From the NCBI GenBank assembly GCA_040756235.1, contig JBFLZG010000002.1:96001-160000 (forward strand): DNA of 64,000 nt, read 5' to 3'. A program made the translations under genes and the position numbers. Below, piece by piece: positions 29,422 through 39,974 of the stretch. This stretch comes from a bacterium. GTDB taxonomy: Bacteria; Desulfobacterota; DSWW01. Each line of letters starts with the position of its first letter. Position 1 is the stretch's first letter. Under the pieces are notes generated by a model. It did not search any database. It saw only the letters and a program-made list of their open reading frames with translations, and was not told the origin of the DNA.

Positions 29422-30174
29422 TTGCAGAAGGTGAGGTTCTCCAACAGCCGGGGCCAGGATCTGGCTGGCTGGCTGCATCTGGGGTCGGGGCGCCGGGACC
29501 CGGGCCCGACGGTCCTCCTGTGCCATGGAATGATGTCCACGAAGGACGGCAGAAAGCAGGTAGCTCTGGCAGAGGCGTTGGAGGAAAGCGGGTTTTCTGT
29601 GCTCCGCTTCGACTTTTCGTTCTGCGGTGAGTCCGGCGGCAGGTTCGAAGAGATCACCTTCACGCAGGAAGTGGACGATCTCAGGTGCGCCGCGGGGTGG
29701 GCGCGGCGGAACGGGGCCAGCCGCGTCGGGCTCATCGGTTCGAGCATGGGGGGAGCCGTGGCGATCCTTTACGCCCGGGAAGACCCGGCCGTGAAGGCCC
29801 TGGTGACCATGGCCGCGGTGGCCAGGCCGGCGCGGCTGGCCGATCGGATGGAGGACCTCGAGGCGAAGATGGCCCAGTGGAGACAGGAGGGTTACACCTT
29901 CGGGGCAGAGGGAGCGGCCGGCCGGGCCTTCTTCGAGGATGTGCAAAGGCTCGACGTGCTGGCCGCTGCCCGGAACGTCTCGGCTCCGATGCTGATCATC
30001 CACGGGGCCGGCGACGAGGTGGTCCCCGTGGAGGAGGCCCATTCTCTTTACCAGGCGGCTACGGCCGTCAAGTGCCTCAAGATCCTCCCTGAGGCCGATC
30101 ACCGGTTCACCCGGGAGGAACATCTGCGGGAGATCGTGGTATCCACCCGCACTTGGTTTCAACGGTACCTGTGA
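29422..30174 (+). CDS. alpha/beta hydrolase
   Basis: CHG, RFDF..CGES.G, GSSMGG nucleophile elbow, HG..D..VP, ADH. TTG start after AGGAGG (alternative ATG 29392). Confidence 0.88.
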   Translation: MQKVRFSNSRGQDLAGWLHLGSGRRDPGPTVLLCHGMMSTKDGRKQVALAEALEESGFSVLRFDFSFCGESGGRFEEITFTQEVDDLRCAAGWARRNGASRVGLIGSSMGGAVAILYAREDPAVKALVTMAAVARPARLADRMEDLEAKMAQWRQEGYTFGAEGAAGRAFFEDVQRLDVLAAARNVSAPMLIIHGAGDEVVPVEEAHSLYQAATAVKCLKILPEADHRFTREEHLREIVVSTRTWFQRYL

Positions 30175-30188
30175 GCTCGGGGGGTGCC

Positions 30189-31622
30189 ATGGGCAGTTTC
30201 GTGGACGGATCGTCCCCATACAGCGGGATCAGCCTCATCAGCGATCCCATTCACGGGTACATCCAGTACACCACCCACGATGACCGCGACCCGGAGGAGA
30301 TCACGGAGAAGGACATCCTGGATCACCCCTGGGTGCAGCGCCTGCGCAGGATCCATCAGGTCCAGAGCGCCTTCTGGGTCTACCCGGCCGCCGAACACAG
30401 TCGATTTCAGCATTCCCTGGGCGTCATGTTCCTGGCAGGCCGGTTTGCCCGGCAGCTGTACCCGAACCTGAAGAAGTGTTTCTCGGACGCTCCCTCCCTC
30501 CCGTACGTGGAGGAGTTGCTGCGCCTGGCGGGTCTGCTGCACGACGTCGGGCACGGGCCGTTCAGTCATTTCTTCGACAATCATTTCCTGGATGCCTACG
30601 GCATCACCCACGAGGACATCGGGCAGTCGATCATCCAGCAGAAGCTCGGGAACCTGATCCGCCGCATCCGCAGGAGCCCGCAAGGGGGGCTGGCGGAGGC
30701 AGAGGTGCTCGCCCCCCGGCAGGTGGCCTTCCTCATCAAGAGCCCGGCCGGCCAGAAGAAGGAGCGGGTGCCCGGCTGGCTGCTCGCCCTGAGCCCGGTC
30801 TTCTCCGGCATCTACACGGCGGACAACCTGGACTACGTGCTCAGGGATTCCTACATGGCCGGCGTTTCGACCGACCTGGCGGACGTGGAGCGGCTCCTCT
30901 ACTACACCTTCCTTTCTCCCAGAGGGCTCGTTCTGCACCAGTCCGGAGTGGCTGCCCTGGTGCGCTTTCTCAACGCCCGCCTGTACCTGTACATGAACAT
31001 GTATTTTCACCGGACCACGCGCGCGATCGACCTCCACCTGCGGGAGATCTTCCGGCCGACGCTGGAGAAGATTCTCCCTTACAATCCCATGAAGAACCTG
31101 AACGGATACCAGCGGCTGACGGAGTGGTCCCTCCTGGAGGAGGTGAACCGCTGGTGCACGGACCGGAGCGACCCTGAGAAACGCCGGCTGGGTGGCAAGT
31201 GGCAGCGAGTCCTCGAGCGCAAGCCGCGGTGGAAGCGCGCTTACGAGTACACGTTCTCGCTCTCCGAGTACGATGACCCGAGGGTGTTCGCCATGGTCCA
31301 GGATCCGCTGCTTCTGGAAGAGCGGCTGCGGGTGAACCTCCCTCGATCTCTGCGAAAGACCCAGTTCCGCGTGGATCTGGCCCACCTCGATCCGAGGCCG
31401 ATCAACCCTCTGCGCATGGGCGACCTGCAGATCTACGTGTACAACGAGTCGAGCGGCAACATCGAGGCGGAGATCCTGAAGGACCTGTTCCGCTTCATTC
31501 CGATTCGCGTGATCCAGTGCCGGATCTTTACCCTCAGCCACACATACGATCGCCAGATGGCCGAGGCCTTCCACAAGATCTTTCAGATTGCACCCCCTTC
31601 ACCGATCACCACCAACATATGA
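30189..31622 (+). CDS. HD-domain phosphohydrolase (dNTP triphosphohydrolase-like)
   Basis: DPIHGYI, QRLRRIHQ, HSRFQHSLG, LHDVGHGPFSH, AD.LDY..RD, YFHRT.R. Confidence 0.88.
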   Translation: MGSFVDGSSPYSGISLISDPIHGYIQYTTHDDRDPEEITEKDILDHPWVQRLRRIHQVQSAFWVYPAAEHSRFQHSLGVMFLAGRFARQLYPNLKKCFSDAPSLPYVEELLRLAGLLHDVGHGPFSHFFDNHFLDAYGITHEDIGQSIIQQKLGNLIRRIRRSPQGGLAEAEVLAPRQVAFLIKSPAGQKKERVPGWLLALSPVFSGIYTADNLDYVLRDSYMAGVSTDLADVERLLYYTFLSPRGLVLHQSGVAALVRFLNARLYLYMNMYFHRTTRAIDLHLREIFRPTLEKILPYNPMKNLNGYQRLTEWSLLEEVNRWCTDRSDPEKRRLGGKWQRVLERKPRWKRAYEYTFSLSEYDDPRVFAMVQDPLLLEERLRVNLPRSLRKTQFRVDLAHLDPRPINPLRMGDLQIYVYNESSGNIEAEILKDLFRFIPIRVIQCRIFTLSHTYDRQMAEAFHKIFQIAPPSPITTNI

Positions 31623-31703
31623 GGGCCACTGGCCGGCCGAGGGGCGGCCCCGGCCGGGCGAGTCGGGCGGTGCCGCCCGCGCAACCGATGCAAGGAGCTT
31701 CGA

Positions 31704-32372
31704 ATGAGAGTCACGGACAGGCTGTACGCCTATATCTGGCGCAACATGCAAGCCAACAACTGCAACACGTTCATCGTTCGTACGCCCGAGGCGACGTGCC
31801 TGATCGATCCCGGGCACCGGGCGTTTCTGCCTCGGCTCCTCCGATCCATGCAGGAGGACGGGATCCCGCCCGAACAGGTCAGGCTCGTGATCTTGACCCA
31901 CGGCCATCCCGATCACCTGGAGGGCGGGCTCGAGCTGAGGAAGACAGGAGCCCACCTGGCGATCCACAGAGCCGAAGAGCAGTATCTCAAGGAGGTCGGG
32001 CCGTACTTCGCCAGGATCTTCGGGCTCCAGATGCCGGACCTCTCCTTTGACCTGTACCTGGAAGAAGGGGACGTGCTCATCGGGGAGGAACGCCTCCAGG
32101 TCATCCACACGCCCGGGCACTCACCCGGTTCCGTTTGCCTCTACTGGCACGGCCCGGGTGTTCTGTTCTCAGGGGATCTGGTCTTTGCGCAGGGTGTCGG
32201 GAGGACCGATTTTCCGGGCGGCGACTCCGAGTTGTTGAAGGAGAGCATCCGCAAGTGCCGTTCTCTCCGGCCGCAGATGCTCATGCCCGGCCACGGCGAG
32301 GCGATCACGTCACAGGCCGCGGTGGAACAGAATTTCGATCTGATCGAAAGGATGTACTTCGACTATCTCTGA
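31704..32372 (+). CDS. metallo-beta-lactamase-fold hydrolase (glyoxalase II-like)
   Basis: THGHPDH, HTPGHSPG, SGD, GRTD.PGG, PGHG. Confidence 0.88.
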   Translation: MRVTDRLYAYIWRNMQANNCNTFIVRTPEATCLIDPGHRAFLPRLLRSMQEDGIPPEQVRLVILTHGHPDHLEGGLELRKTGAHLAIHRAEEQYLKEVGPYFARIFGLQMPDLSFDLYLEEGDVLIGEERLQVIHTPGHSPGSVCLYWHGPGVLFSGDLVFAQGVGRTDFPGGDSELLKESIRKCRSLRPQMLMPGHGEAITSQAAVEQNFDLIERMYFDYL

Positions 32373-32911
32373 GAGGTGTCGACATTCAGCTCGGCGCGCA
32401 GGTCCTCCTGGAAGCGAGCGATGAGCCTCCGTTCCTCTTCTTTCCAGGCGGGGGTGCACTCCGTGCAGGGGACCAGTCCCGAGCCGCGGATGCCCTCACT
32501 CGCCAAGAGCTCTCGGAAGCGCGCCTCCGCTTCGGCCAGGGCCTGCTGCCGCAGACCCGCGGAGTTGTTCGCCCGTCGGGCAAGGGCCGCCTCCCAGGCC
32601 CTCCGCCCCGTCTCGCCCAGGATCCGTTCCACGCCTGAGAGGACCCTCCCGTTCTCATGATAGGGGGAAAGACTTCCCAGGAACAGGTCCAGACAGATCG
32701 AGCGCGCATGATCCTGTTGGGCAGGCGCGAGCCGAGTGAGCCACTGCTGGAAAGCGGACAGCTCCCTCTCCTCGTTGAGGAAAGGGAGAACGTGGCGGCG
32801 GACGTCGTCCGCCAGTTCCTGTTGCTTCAGGACCTCTTTCTCGTCTTTGTTGAGCGAAAGATGCTTCGTCTTCTCGAGAATGAGATCCAGGGTGCTCTTG
32901 ATGGCAGCCAA
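32363..32911 (-). CDS. hypothetical protein
   Basis: 182-aa helical ORF starting IKSTLDLILEKT. Confidence 0.7.
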   Translation of the reverse strand: MAAIKSTLDLILEKTKHLSLNKDEKEVLKQQELADDVRRHVLPFLNEERELSAFQQWLTRLAPAQQDHARSICLDLFLGSLSPYHENGRVLSGVERILGETGRRAWEAALARRANNSAGLRQQALAEAEARFRELLASEGIRGSGLVPCTECTPAWKEEERRLIARFQEDLRAELNVDTSQR

Positions 32912-33141
32912 GGAAGAACCTTTCTCTTGGAGATTCCCTGTGACGACGTCCTTCCGTGCCGCGTATCTGGACGGCGCGGAGAGGAATGCTTCATACTCTT
33001 GTAAGCGACCGGCGGTCGCCGGAGGGCAAGCGCCGGTCGCCCCTACAATTCAAATGTATCAGCTGTCGCGTGGCCCTGCAATCGCTCGAGGGCCGGGCGC
33101 GGGCTGCGCAAGCGTGCGCCGGAGACTGGAGGACGTCGGGC

Positions 33142-33894
33142 GTGGAGGTGACGATCCTGGGCTCCGGCACCGCCATTCCGGACAGGGAAAGAAGCTCTCC
33201 CGGGCTGGCGGTGCGCCTGGAGGATTCCCTTGCGTTTCTGGATCTGGGTTCCGGGAGCCTGGGGCGGGCTGCCCGCCTGAGCGTTCCTGTGGACGAGGTG
33301 GAGCTCGTCCTGCTCACGCATCTCCACCCCGATCACACGGCCGACCTCGTGCCGCTCCTGTTTGCTTTGCGCAATCCCGAGTGGCGTCGCGTCCGGCCCC
33401 TCCTGGTGGTCGGGGCCGAAGGGCTCGCGGAACACCTGTGGAGGTTGGACGCGGTCTACGGCGACTGGATCCGGCCGGCCGGATATGATCTGGACATCCG
33501 GGAGCTCGGGCGGAGCCGTCTCTCGCTGCCCCGGTGGCACTTACAGACCGAGCCGGTGCGCCACGGACCTCCGGCGATTGCCGCGGCCCTGACCGACGGG
33601 CGCGGCCGGAGGCTGGTCTACTCGGGAGACACCGAGTACTGCGAGGGGTTGGTGCGGATCGCCCAAGACGCAGACCTGCTCATTCTCGAATGCTCGTTCC
33701 CGGACGGCCGCATCTGCCCCGGGCACTTGACCCCGTCCCAAGCCGGAAGGGTCGCGCGTGAGGCGCGCTGCAAGAAGCTTCTGCTCACCCACTTCTATCC
33801 TGCCTGCCGCGGACACGACCTGCTCGCATCCTGCCGCGGTGCGTACCCGGGGCCGATCGTGCTCGCGGAAGACGGCTTGCGGATGGAAGTGTGA
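33142..33894 (+). CDS. MBL-fold metallo-hydrolase, RNase Z/BN-like
   Basis: ILGSGT, LD.G.G, THLHPDH, YSGDT, ECSF...GHL, LTHFY. Confidence 0.85.
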   Translation: MEVTILGSGTAIPDRERSSPGLAVRLEDSLAFLDLGSGSLGRAARLSVPVDEVELVLLTHLHPDHTADLVPLLFALRNPEWRRVRPLLVVGAEGLAEHLWRLDAVYGDWIRPAGYDLDIRELGRSRLSLPRWHLQTEPVRHGPPAIAAALTDGRGRRLVYSGDTEYCEGLVRIAQDADLLILECSFPDGRICPGHLTPSQAGRVAREARCKKLLLTHFYPACRGHDLLASCRGAYPGPIVLAEDGLRMEV

Positions 33895-33915
33895 GAAGTG
33901 TGAGAGGGCGTCTGG

Positions 33916-34785
33916 TCAATAGATGAGTTTGTTCAAAGGATATTCGATGATCCCCGATGCCCCATTCCTCTTGAGCTCGGGTATGAGCTCTCGCGCTTTT
34001 TTCTCGTCCACGATCACCTCGATGCTGTACCAGTCCTGGTCTGAAAGGGGAGATACGGTGGGCGTGTGCAGAGCGGGCAGCACCTGAAGGATGTCCGCCA
34101 TGGATTCCTTGGGCACGTTCATCTTGAGCCCCACTTTCTGCTGCGCTTCGATGGCGGACTGGAGGAGCAGCGAGAGGTTCTGAATCTTCTCCTTCTTTTC
34201 CTTGTCCTTCCAGGAGTGGCGGTTGGCGATCAGCACCGTGGTCGATTCCAGCAAGGTCTCCAGGATACGAAGATTGTGCGCCCTCAGGGTGCTTCCCGTT
34301 TCCGTGAGCTCCACGATGGCATCGGCCAGCGTCGGCGTCTTGACTTCGGTTGCGCCCCAGGAGAACTCGACGATGGCCCGGATGCCCCTCTTCAGCAGGT
34401 AGCTCTTGGTGAATTGCACGAGCTCGGTTGCGATGCGCTTGCCCTGGAGGTCCTCGAGGCTGCGGATGGGTGAGGAATCGGGTACCGCCAGGACCCACCG
34501 GATCGGCCGAAACCCTGCTTTGGCGTAGAGGAGCGAGGCGACTTCGGTTACGTGAGCCCCCTGCTCGAGGACCCAGTCTCTTCCTGTGAGGCCTACGTCC
34601 AGGATGCCGTCCTGCACGTACCGGGGCATCTCCTGGGCCCGGATCAACAGGCATTCGATATCAGGATCATCGATTTCGGGAAAGTAGGAGCGGTCGCCGA
34701 CGGTGACGCTGAACCCCGCCTTCTTGAACAGGTGGAAGGTGGCGTTCTGCAGGCTGCCTTTGGGAAGTCCCAGTCTCAGCTTCAT
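33916..34785 (-). CDS. hisG: ATP phosphoribosyltransferase (long form)
   Basis: [35 protein letters not shown]-terminal regulatory domain PTVS.L. Confidence 0.95.
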   Translation of the reverse strand: MKLRLGLPKGSLQNATFHLFKKAGFSVTVGDRSYFPEIDDPDIECLLIRAQEMPRYVQDGILDVGLTGRDWVLEQGAHVTEVASLLYAKAGFRPIRWVLAVPDSSPIRSLEDLQGKRIATELVQFTKSYLLKRGIRAIVEFSWGATEVKTPTLADAIVELTETGSTLRAHNLRILETLLESTTVLIANRHSWKDKEKKEKIQNLSLLLQSAIEAQQKVGLKMNVPKESMADILQVLPALHTPTVSPLSDQDWYSIEVIVDEKKARELIPELKRNGASGIIEYPLNKLIY

Positions 34786-35594
34786 GCGTTCCTTCTGGAC
34801 GCCCTGGACAGCCCCGGCTGCAGGGCTTGCCGCGGCCGAACCCAGACCAGGACATAGGCTGCGAACAGCAGCGCAGCGAGGCTGACCACCTGGGACTCGG
34901 ACAGAGCAAGGCCCGCCACCGTGAGAAAACCCCGCGGGTCGTCGCGCAGCAGCTCGATGAGGAACCGGGTGATCGGATACAGGATGAGGCAGATCGCCAT
35001 GACCTCGCCGTGAAAACGCTTCTTCTTCCTGTAGAGCCATACGATCGTAAAGATGACCAGCGCGTTTATGGCGGAGAGGATCTGGGTCGGGTAAAGGGGT
35101 TCGTTTAAGATGCCGAGCCCCAGCGGGTTGCGGAACGTGATCCCGAGCTCGAAATCCAGCGGGCAGACCTTTCCGTAGCAGCAGCCGGCCAGCAGACAGC
35201 CGATTCTGCCGAAGACCAGCCCCAGGATGACGGAGGGCAGCAGGAGGTCCCCCACTTCCCAGAAATTCAATTTGTGCATGCGGACGTAGACGGCGGACGT
35301 GAGGACCGCGGCCAGAAAGCCGCCGTAGAACACCAGGCCGCCTTCCCAGAGCTTGAAAATGCGCAGCGGGTCCTTGAGATATTGCGGGTAGAAGACGATA
35401 CAGTGGAAAAGGCGGGATCCCACGATCGAGCTGAGGAGGATCCAGAAGGTGAGATTGAGTATCTTGTCCGGATCCACTCCGGTGCGCACGGCTTCACGGG
35501 CGGCCAGGCTGATGCCCACCATGAAGCCGATGGCCAGCATGACGCCGTAGGAGTGGATGCTGAATCCGTGAAATTGGATGAGGATGGGATGCAT
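34782..35594 (-). CDS. lgt: prolipoprotein diacylglyceryl transferase
   Basis: [42 protein letters not shown]. Confidence 0.93.
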   Translation of the reverse strand: MHPILIQFHGFSIHSYGVMLAIGFMVGISLAAREAVRTGVDPDKILNLTFWILLSSIVGSRLFHCIVFYPQYLKDPLRIFKLWEGGLVFYGGFLAAVLTSAVYVRMHKLNFWEVGDLLLPSVILGLVFGRIGCLLAGCCYGKVCPLDFELGITFRNPLGLGILNEPLYPTQILSAINALVIFTIVWLYRKKKRFHGEVMAICLILYPITRFLIELLRDDPRGFLTVAGLALSESQVVSLAALLFAAYVLVWVRPRQALQPGLSRASRRNA

Positions 35595-35657
35595 GAAGCA
35601 CGCGTGTTCTGAAGCAGCAGGTTGTGAGTGGAGATCGGTTCCAGAAACCCAGGTCAG

Positions 35658-35685
35658 ATTCTAGCTGTTCGGGGTGGGTTGTCAA
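35658..35685 (-). promoter_or_regulatory. sigma70-like promoter of lgt-hisG
   Basis: Minus strand TTGACA-N16-TAGAAT. Confidence 0.6.
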
Positions 35686-35819
35686 GCCACGGGAACGGTC
35701 CCCGCAGAGGGAAGCTCCACGTATCCGCCTGCGTAAGGCCGTGGAAATTTTGTTTTCCTCGGGCCTGGGCTATACTGGGCCGGCTTTCGAGACCGGCCCA
35801 GCGGCCATAGGGAGGTATC

Positions 35820-36350
35820 ATGATCTGGTTCTCGCGTCTGGTCCTCGGAGCGGTCCTCGTGCTGCTCCTCGTCGTTCCGGCAGGTTCCGGCCAGATGTAC
35901 GGCTGGAGAGATGCACAAGGGACTCTCCACCTGACGGATGACCTCACGAAGGTCCCCGCATCGCACCGAGACAAGGCCCAGGTCTTTTCTCTGCCTGAAA
36001 GCACGGCGCCCGCCCCGAGCGTAGAACGCTCCACCGGTGCGGAAGAGGAGTCCGGAGAGGAAGAGGCAGAGGAAGAGGCCGAGACAGAAGAAGGGCCCGC
36101 GGATCCGTTCGCCGACTGTCGCGCGGAGCTTCGAGCGGAGGTTGCCCGTTGGCAGGGTCGCCTGGCCGAGGATGCGAAGCGGAAAGAACAGATCACCAGG
36201 GAAATCCATCGTACGACAACGGCCCGAAAGAAGAACGATCTCCAGGCGGAACGGTCCGAGCTGAACAGAAGGATCGAGGAGGCCAGGCAGATGCTGGAGA
36301 CAGGCCTTCGGAATCAGGCGCGTGAATGCCGCATGGATCCGGACTGGTGA
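35820..36350 (+). CDS. exported DUF4124-like protein with C-terminal coiled coil
   Basis: Signal peptide, then Y.W.D..G..H.TD....P motif; GGAGG RBS. Confidence 0.78.
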   Translation: MIWFSRLVLGAVLVLLLVVPAGSGQMYGWRDAQGTLHLTDDLTKVPASHRDKAQVFSLPESTAPAPSVERSTGAEEESGEEEAEEEAETEEGPADPFADCRAELRAEVARWQGRLAEDAKRKEQITREIHRTTTARKKNDLQAERSELNRRIEEARQMLETGLRNQARECRMDPDW

Positions 36351-36363
36351 TCCAGGAGCCGAA

Positions 36364-37320
36364 ATGGGACCCCAGGGGGAGTTGCGCAGGGCGCCGGCCC
36401 TCCGGCCTGGAGACTGGGTGGGGTTGGCCGCTCCTTCGAGCCCGTTCAGCACGCAAGCCCTGCAGGAAGGCATTGCCTTTCTGATGAGCCTGGGCCTCCG
36501 TGTCCGCTGCCTTCCCGAATTGTCGAAGCGGCGGAAAGGCTTCCTGGCCGGAACGGATGCCGAGAGAGCGGCGGAGCTGCATGCTCATTTCGAGGACCCG
36601 GAAGTCAGGGCCATCTTCGCCGTTCGAGGGGGCTACGGGGCGCAGAGGATCCTGGACAAGCTCGATCCGCTCGTGATCCGGAGGAACCCCAAGATTTTCG
36701 TCGGATACAGCGACCTGACCTGCCTTCTCTCTTTCTTGCTGGACCGCTGCCACATGGTCTGCATCCACGGCCCCATGGTAGTCGAAGCAGGTGCGCTGAC
36801 GGGGCGCACGAAGCGCTGGCTGTGGCGCTGTCTCTCCTGCCCGGAAGCTCTTGGCCGCGTTCCGCTGCCCAGGGCGAGATGGGTGCGCGCGGATCGGGCC
36901 AGGGTCCGGGCTCCTCTGGTCGGTGGCAACCTCTCCATCATCTGCTCCACCATCGGGACGCCCTGGGAGATCGGGACCGAAGGAAGGATCCTGTTTCTCG
37001 AGGACTGGGGAGAAAAGCCATACAAAATCGACCGGATGCTGGTGCAGCTTCGGCAAGCTGGCAAGCTTTCCTCACTTGCAGGTCTCCTGTTTGGGGACGT
37101 TCTGACAGGGAAGGGCTCGGACCGGGCGGCCAGGGACCGCAAGATCGTGGAAGAAGTCGTTCGTGAAAACACTCTGGACCTCGGCGTACCCGTCGTCATC
37201 GGGCTGCCGGTGGGACACGGGAAGGAAAACCTGCCCCTGCCCGTCGGCCCCATGGCGGAGCTCGACGGAAGCCGGAGGACCTTCTCCATTCTGGAGCCTG
37301 CCGTGGCGGAGCGCTCATGA
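36364..37320 (+). CDS. ldcA: muramoyltetrapeptide LD-carboxypeptidase (S66)
   Basis: APSS, AG.D..RA, RGGYG, GYSD.T, HGPM, GGNL, LFLED, GH. Confidence 0.9.
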   Translation: MGPQGELRRAPALRPGDWVGLAAPSSPFSTQALQEGIAFLMSLGLRVRCLPELSKRRKGFLAGTDAERAAELHAHFEDPEVRAIFAVRGGYGAQRILDKLDPLVIRRNPKIFVGYSDLTCLLSFLLDRCHMVCIHGPMVVEAGALTGRTKRWLWRCLSCPEALGRVPLPRARWVRADRARVRAPLVGGNLSIICSTIGTPWEIGTEGRILFLEDWGEKPYKIDRMLVQLRQAGKLSSLAGLLFGDVLTGKGSDRAARDRKIVEEVVRENTLDLGVPVVIGLPVGHGKENLPLPVGPMAELDGSRRTFSILEPAVAERS

Positions 37321-38447
37321 CCGGCAGCGGCTTCCAGGGACTGGATCAGCTCCTTCGGGAACGGATCGAGGTCGACGGTGCGATCCCGGGAGCCGTGGTG
37401 CTGGTACGCAAGGGTGAAGAGATCCTCTTTCACGAAGCCTACGGCAATCGCCAGAGAATCCCCGCACTACGTCCCATGCAACGGGACACGGTATTCGACC
37501 TGGCCTCCCTGACCAAGCCTGTTGCGACCGCCCTCTGCACGCAACTGCTGTGGCAGCAGGGCGGCATGGATCCGGACGATCGGCTCGAGCGTCATCTGGG
37601 GCCCCTGAATGACGCGGCCAAGAGGGGCATCAACATCCGGCACCTTCTCTCTCATTGCTCCGGACTGCCGGCCTGGAGGCCCTTCTACCAAAATTTTCCG
37701 GAGCCCGGACGCGGAATCGACGCGGAGGCGATCATCGGCAGGGTTCTCGAGGAGCCGCTCGAGGCGCTCCCGGGGGAGAAGGAGATTTACTCGGATCTGG
37801 GTTTCATTCTGCTGGGCCGGGCTCTGGAAGCGGTAGCGGGGAGTCCGCTGGACCGTCTGTTCGAGGACAGGATCAGCCGGCCTCTGGGCCTTGTGCAGAC
37901 CGGTTACAGGCGGCTCGGGAAAGCGCCGGAGCAAGGCGCACCCGGCGCGGACGGCAACATTGCAGCCACCGAGCTCTGCCCCTGGCGCCGACGGATTCTC
38001 GTCGGCGAGGTGCACGACGAGAATGCCTACGTCATGGGAGGTGTTTCCGGTCACGCGGGGCTTTTCTCCACCTGTGCCGATCTGGACCGGATCGTACGAG
38101 AAGTCTTCAGAGGCAGCCGGGGCTCATCGGAGCTTTTTCACAGGGAAGGGGTCCGCACCTTCCTGAAGAGACAGGATCGTCTGCCGGGGGCGACCTGGGC
38201 CCTCGGATGGGACACGCCGTCCTTGCAGCATTCAGCCGCCGGGCGGTATTTCTCACGCAACTCTTTCGGCCACAACGGCTTCACCGGGACATCGCTCTGG
38301 ATGGACCTGGACAGAGAGCTTGCGGTGGTGCTGCTCACCAACCGGGTCCATCCCGATCGGGGAAATCTCGCCATCCGGGAGCTGCGACCGCAGGTTCACG
38401 ATGCCGTCATGGAGGAGCTCCTTCCACCGGAGCGTGCGGCAAGATGA
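37317..38447 (+). CDS. serine hydrolase, beta-lactamase-related family
   Basis: FDLASLTK (SxxK), LL.H.SGL, YSD.GF, GEVHDENA, GHAGLFS, GH.GFTG, LTNRVHP. Confidence 0.88.
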   Translation: MTGSGFQGLDQLLRERIEVDGAIPGAVVLVRKGEEILFHEAYGNRQRIPALRPMQRDTVFDLASLTKPVATALCTQLLWQQGGMDPDDRLERHLGPLNDAAKRGINIRHLLSHCSGLPAWRPFYQNFPEPGRGIDAEAIIGRVLEEPLEALPGEKEIYSDLGFILLGRALEAVAGSPLDRLFEDRISRPLGLVQTGYRRLGKAPEQGAPGADGNIAATELCPWRRRILVGEVHDENAYVMGGVSGHAGLFSTCADLDRIVREVFRGSRGSSELFHREGVRTFLKRQDRLPGATWALGWDTPSLQHSAAGRYFSRNSFGHNGFTGTSLWMDLDRELAVVLLTNRVHPDRGNLAIRELRPQVHDAVMEELLPPERAAR

Positions 38448-39967
38448 CTGAAAAGGTGTCGAAAGACATCCTCGAAAGGGGGGAAAGCCATATGGATACA
38501 GGAGGACGGCGGACGCTCGCTCGGCAAATGCCCCGCACCGTGCACTTCATCGGGGTATGCGGGACGGGCATGGGAGCACTGGCGCTGCTGTTTCGGGAGG
38601 CGGGGGTCTCCGTGCGGGGGTCCGACCTCCAGGCGTACCCGCCGATGGGGGATCTGCTCCGCTCCGCTGGAATCGATATCCGCCTGGGTTACAGGCCGGA
38701 GAACCTCGACGGCGACGTCTCTTACGTGGTGGTGGGAAACGCGGTGTCGAAGGGGAACCCGGAAGTCGAGGAGCTGTTTCGAAGAGGCCTGCCGTACGGA
38801 TCTTTTCCGGAAACACTGGCCCGCTTTTTCCTGGCCGGCCGGGATCCCGTGGTGGTCGTGGGGACCCACGGCAAGACGACTTCCACCGCCTTGCTGGCGT
38901 GGCTCCTGCACGCGGCTGGTCTGGAGCCCGGCTTTCTCGTCGGCGGGGAGCCCAAGAACTTCCAATCCAGCAGCCGCTGCGGCGCAGGGCCGTACTTCGT
39001 GGTGGAGGGGGATGAGTACGACAGCGCTTTTTTCGACAAGGGGCCGAAATTCCTTCACTACCGCCCGAGCTTCGCGCTGTTTACGTCGCTCGAGTTCGAC
39101 CATGCCGACATCTACCCGGACCTGGATGCGATTCGGGACCAGTTCAGGCGCTTCTCGGCGCTGCTCCCCAAACACGGGTCTCTGCTCGTGTGCTCGGAAT
39201 ACCCCGGTGCGGTGGAGATCACGCGTGATCTGACCTGCAGGGTGGAAACCTACGGATACGGCGCCGGGTCCAACTGGAGAGGCGTTCTGAGGCAGAACGG
39301 GTCGCGCGGGCTCACGCTGGACGTGGTCGAGAGAGCTCGCTTCGTCGGTTCTTTCTCCTGTCCCCTCAGCGGCAGGCACAACGGGCTCAATGTTCTTGGC
39401 TCCGTCGGTCTCCTCCATGCACTGGGCGTTCCGGCGGAGCGCATCCAGGACGGACTGACAAGCTTCCTGGGCGTGAGCCGCAGGCAGGAGGTGCTGGGTG
39501 AGGCGGACGGGGTGGTGTTGGTCGACGACTTCGCGCATCATCCCACGGCCATCCGAGAGACGTTGCAGGCGATCGTCGCGCGTTACCCGGGGAGAAGGAT
39601 CCTGGCCGCGTACGAGCCCCGAACCCATACGAGCCGCAAGAAAGTGTTTCAAGAAGAGTATGTTGAGGCATTTCAGGATGCGGATGTTGCGATCTGCGGC
39701 AGGATCTTCCGTCCCGAGACGGTGGCCGTCGAGGAGAGGTTTCGGCCGGACCTCTGGGAGCGAGAGCTGCGCGCGCGGGGCCATGAGGCCTATTATCTGG
39801 AGGACTTGAGAGAATTGGAGGAGTTCCTCGTTCGCGGGTGCAGGCCTGGAGATCTGGTCCTGTTCATGTCGAGCGGGGACTTCGACGGTGTGCCCGGACG
39901 GGTGCTCGACGGCCTCCGGGAGAGGACCTGCGAGGGGAGGCATGCTCCGGGAGAACACCCGGCTTGA
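38444..39967 (+). CDS. mpl: UDP-MurNAc:L-Ala-gamma-D-Glu-meso-DAP ligase (murein peptide ligase)
   Basis: IGVCGTGMG, YPPM, GTHGKTT, EGDEYDSAFFDK.PKF.HY, DDFAHHPTA, EPRT.T; start uncertain. Confidence 0.88.
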   Translation: MTEKVSKDILERGESHMDTGGRRTLARQMPRTVHFIGVCGTGMGALALLFREAGVSVRGSDLQAYPPMGDLLRSAGIDIRLGYRPENLDGDVSYVVVGNAVSKGNPEVEELFRRGLPYGSFPETLARFFLAGRDPVVVVGTHGKTTSTALLAWLLHAAGLEPGFLVGGEPKNFQSSSRCGAGPYFVVEGDEYDSAFFDKGPKFLHYRPSFALFTSLEFDHADIYPDLDAIRDQFRRFSALLPKHGSLLVCSEYPGAVEITRDLTCRVETYGYGAGSNWRGVLRQNGSRGLTLDVVERARFVGSFSCPLSGRHNGLNVLGSVGLLHALGVPAERIQDGLTSFLGVSRRQEVLGEADGVVLVDDFAHHPTAIRETLQAIVARYPGRRILAAYEPRTHTSRKKVFQEEYVEAFQDADVAICGRIFRPETVAVEERFRPDLWERELRARGHEAYYLEDLRELEEFLVRGCRPGDLVLFMSSGDFDGVPGRVLDGLRERTCEGRHAPGEHPA

Positions 39968-39974
39968 GGTTTTC

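Noticed and set aside
8806..33900. Genomic island integrated at tRNA-Leu
   Set aside because: No integrase, no duplicated tRNA 3' end and no obvious compositional break were seen; the genes look like dispersed host genes.
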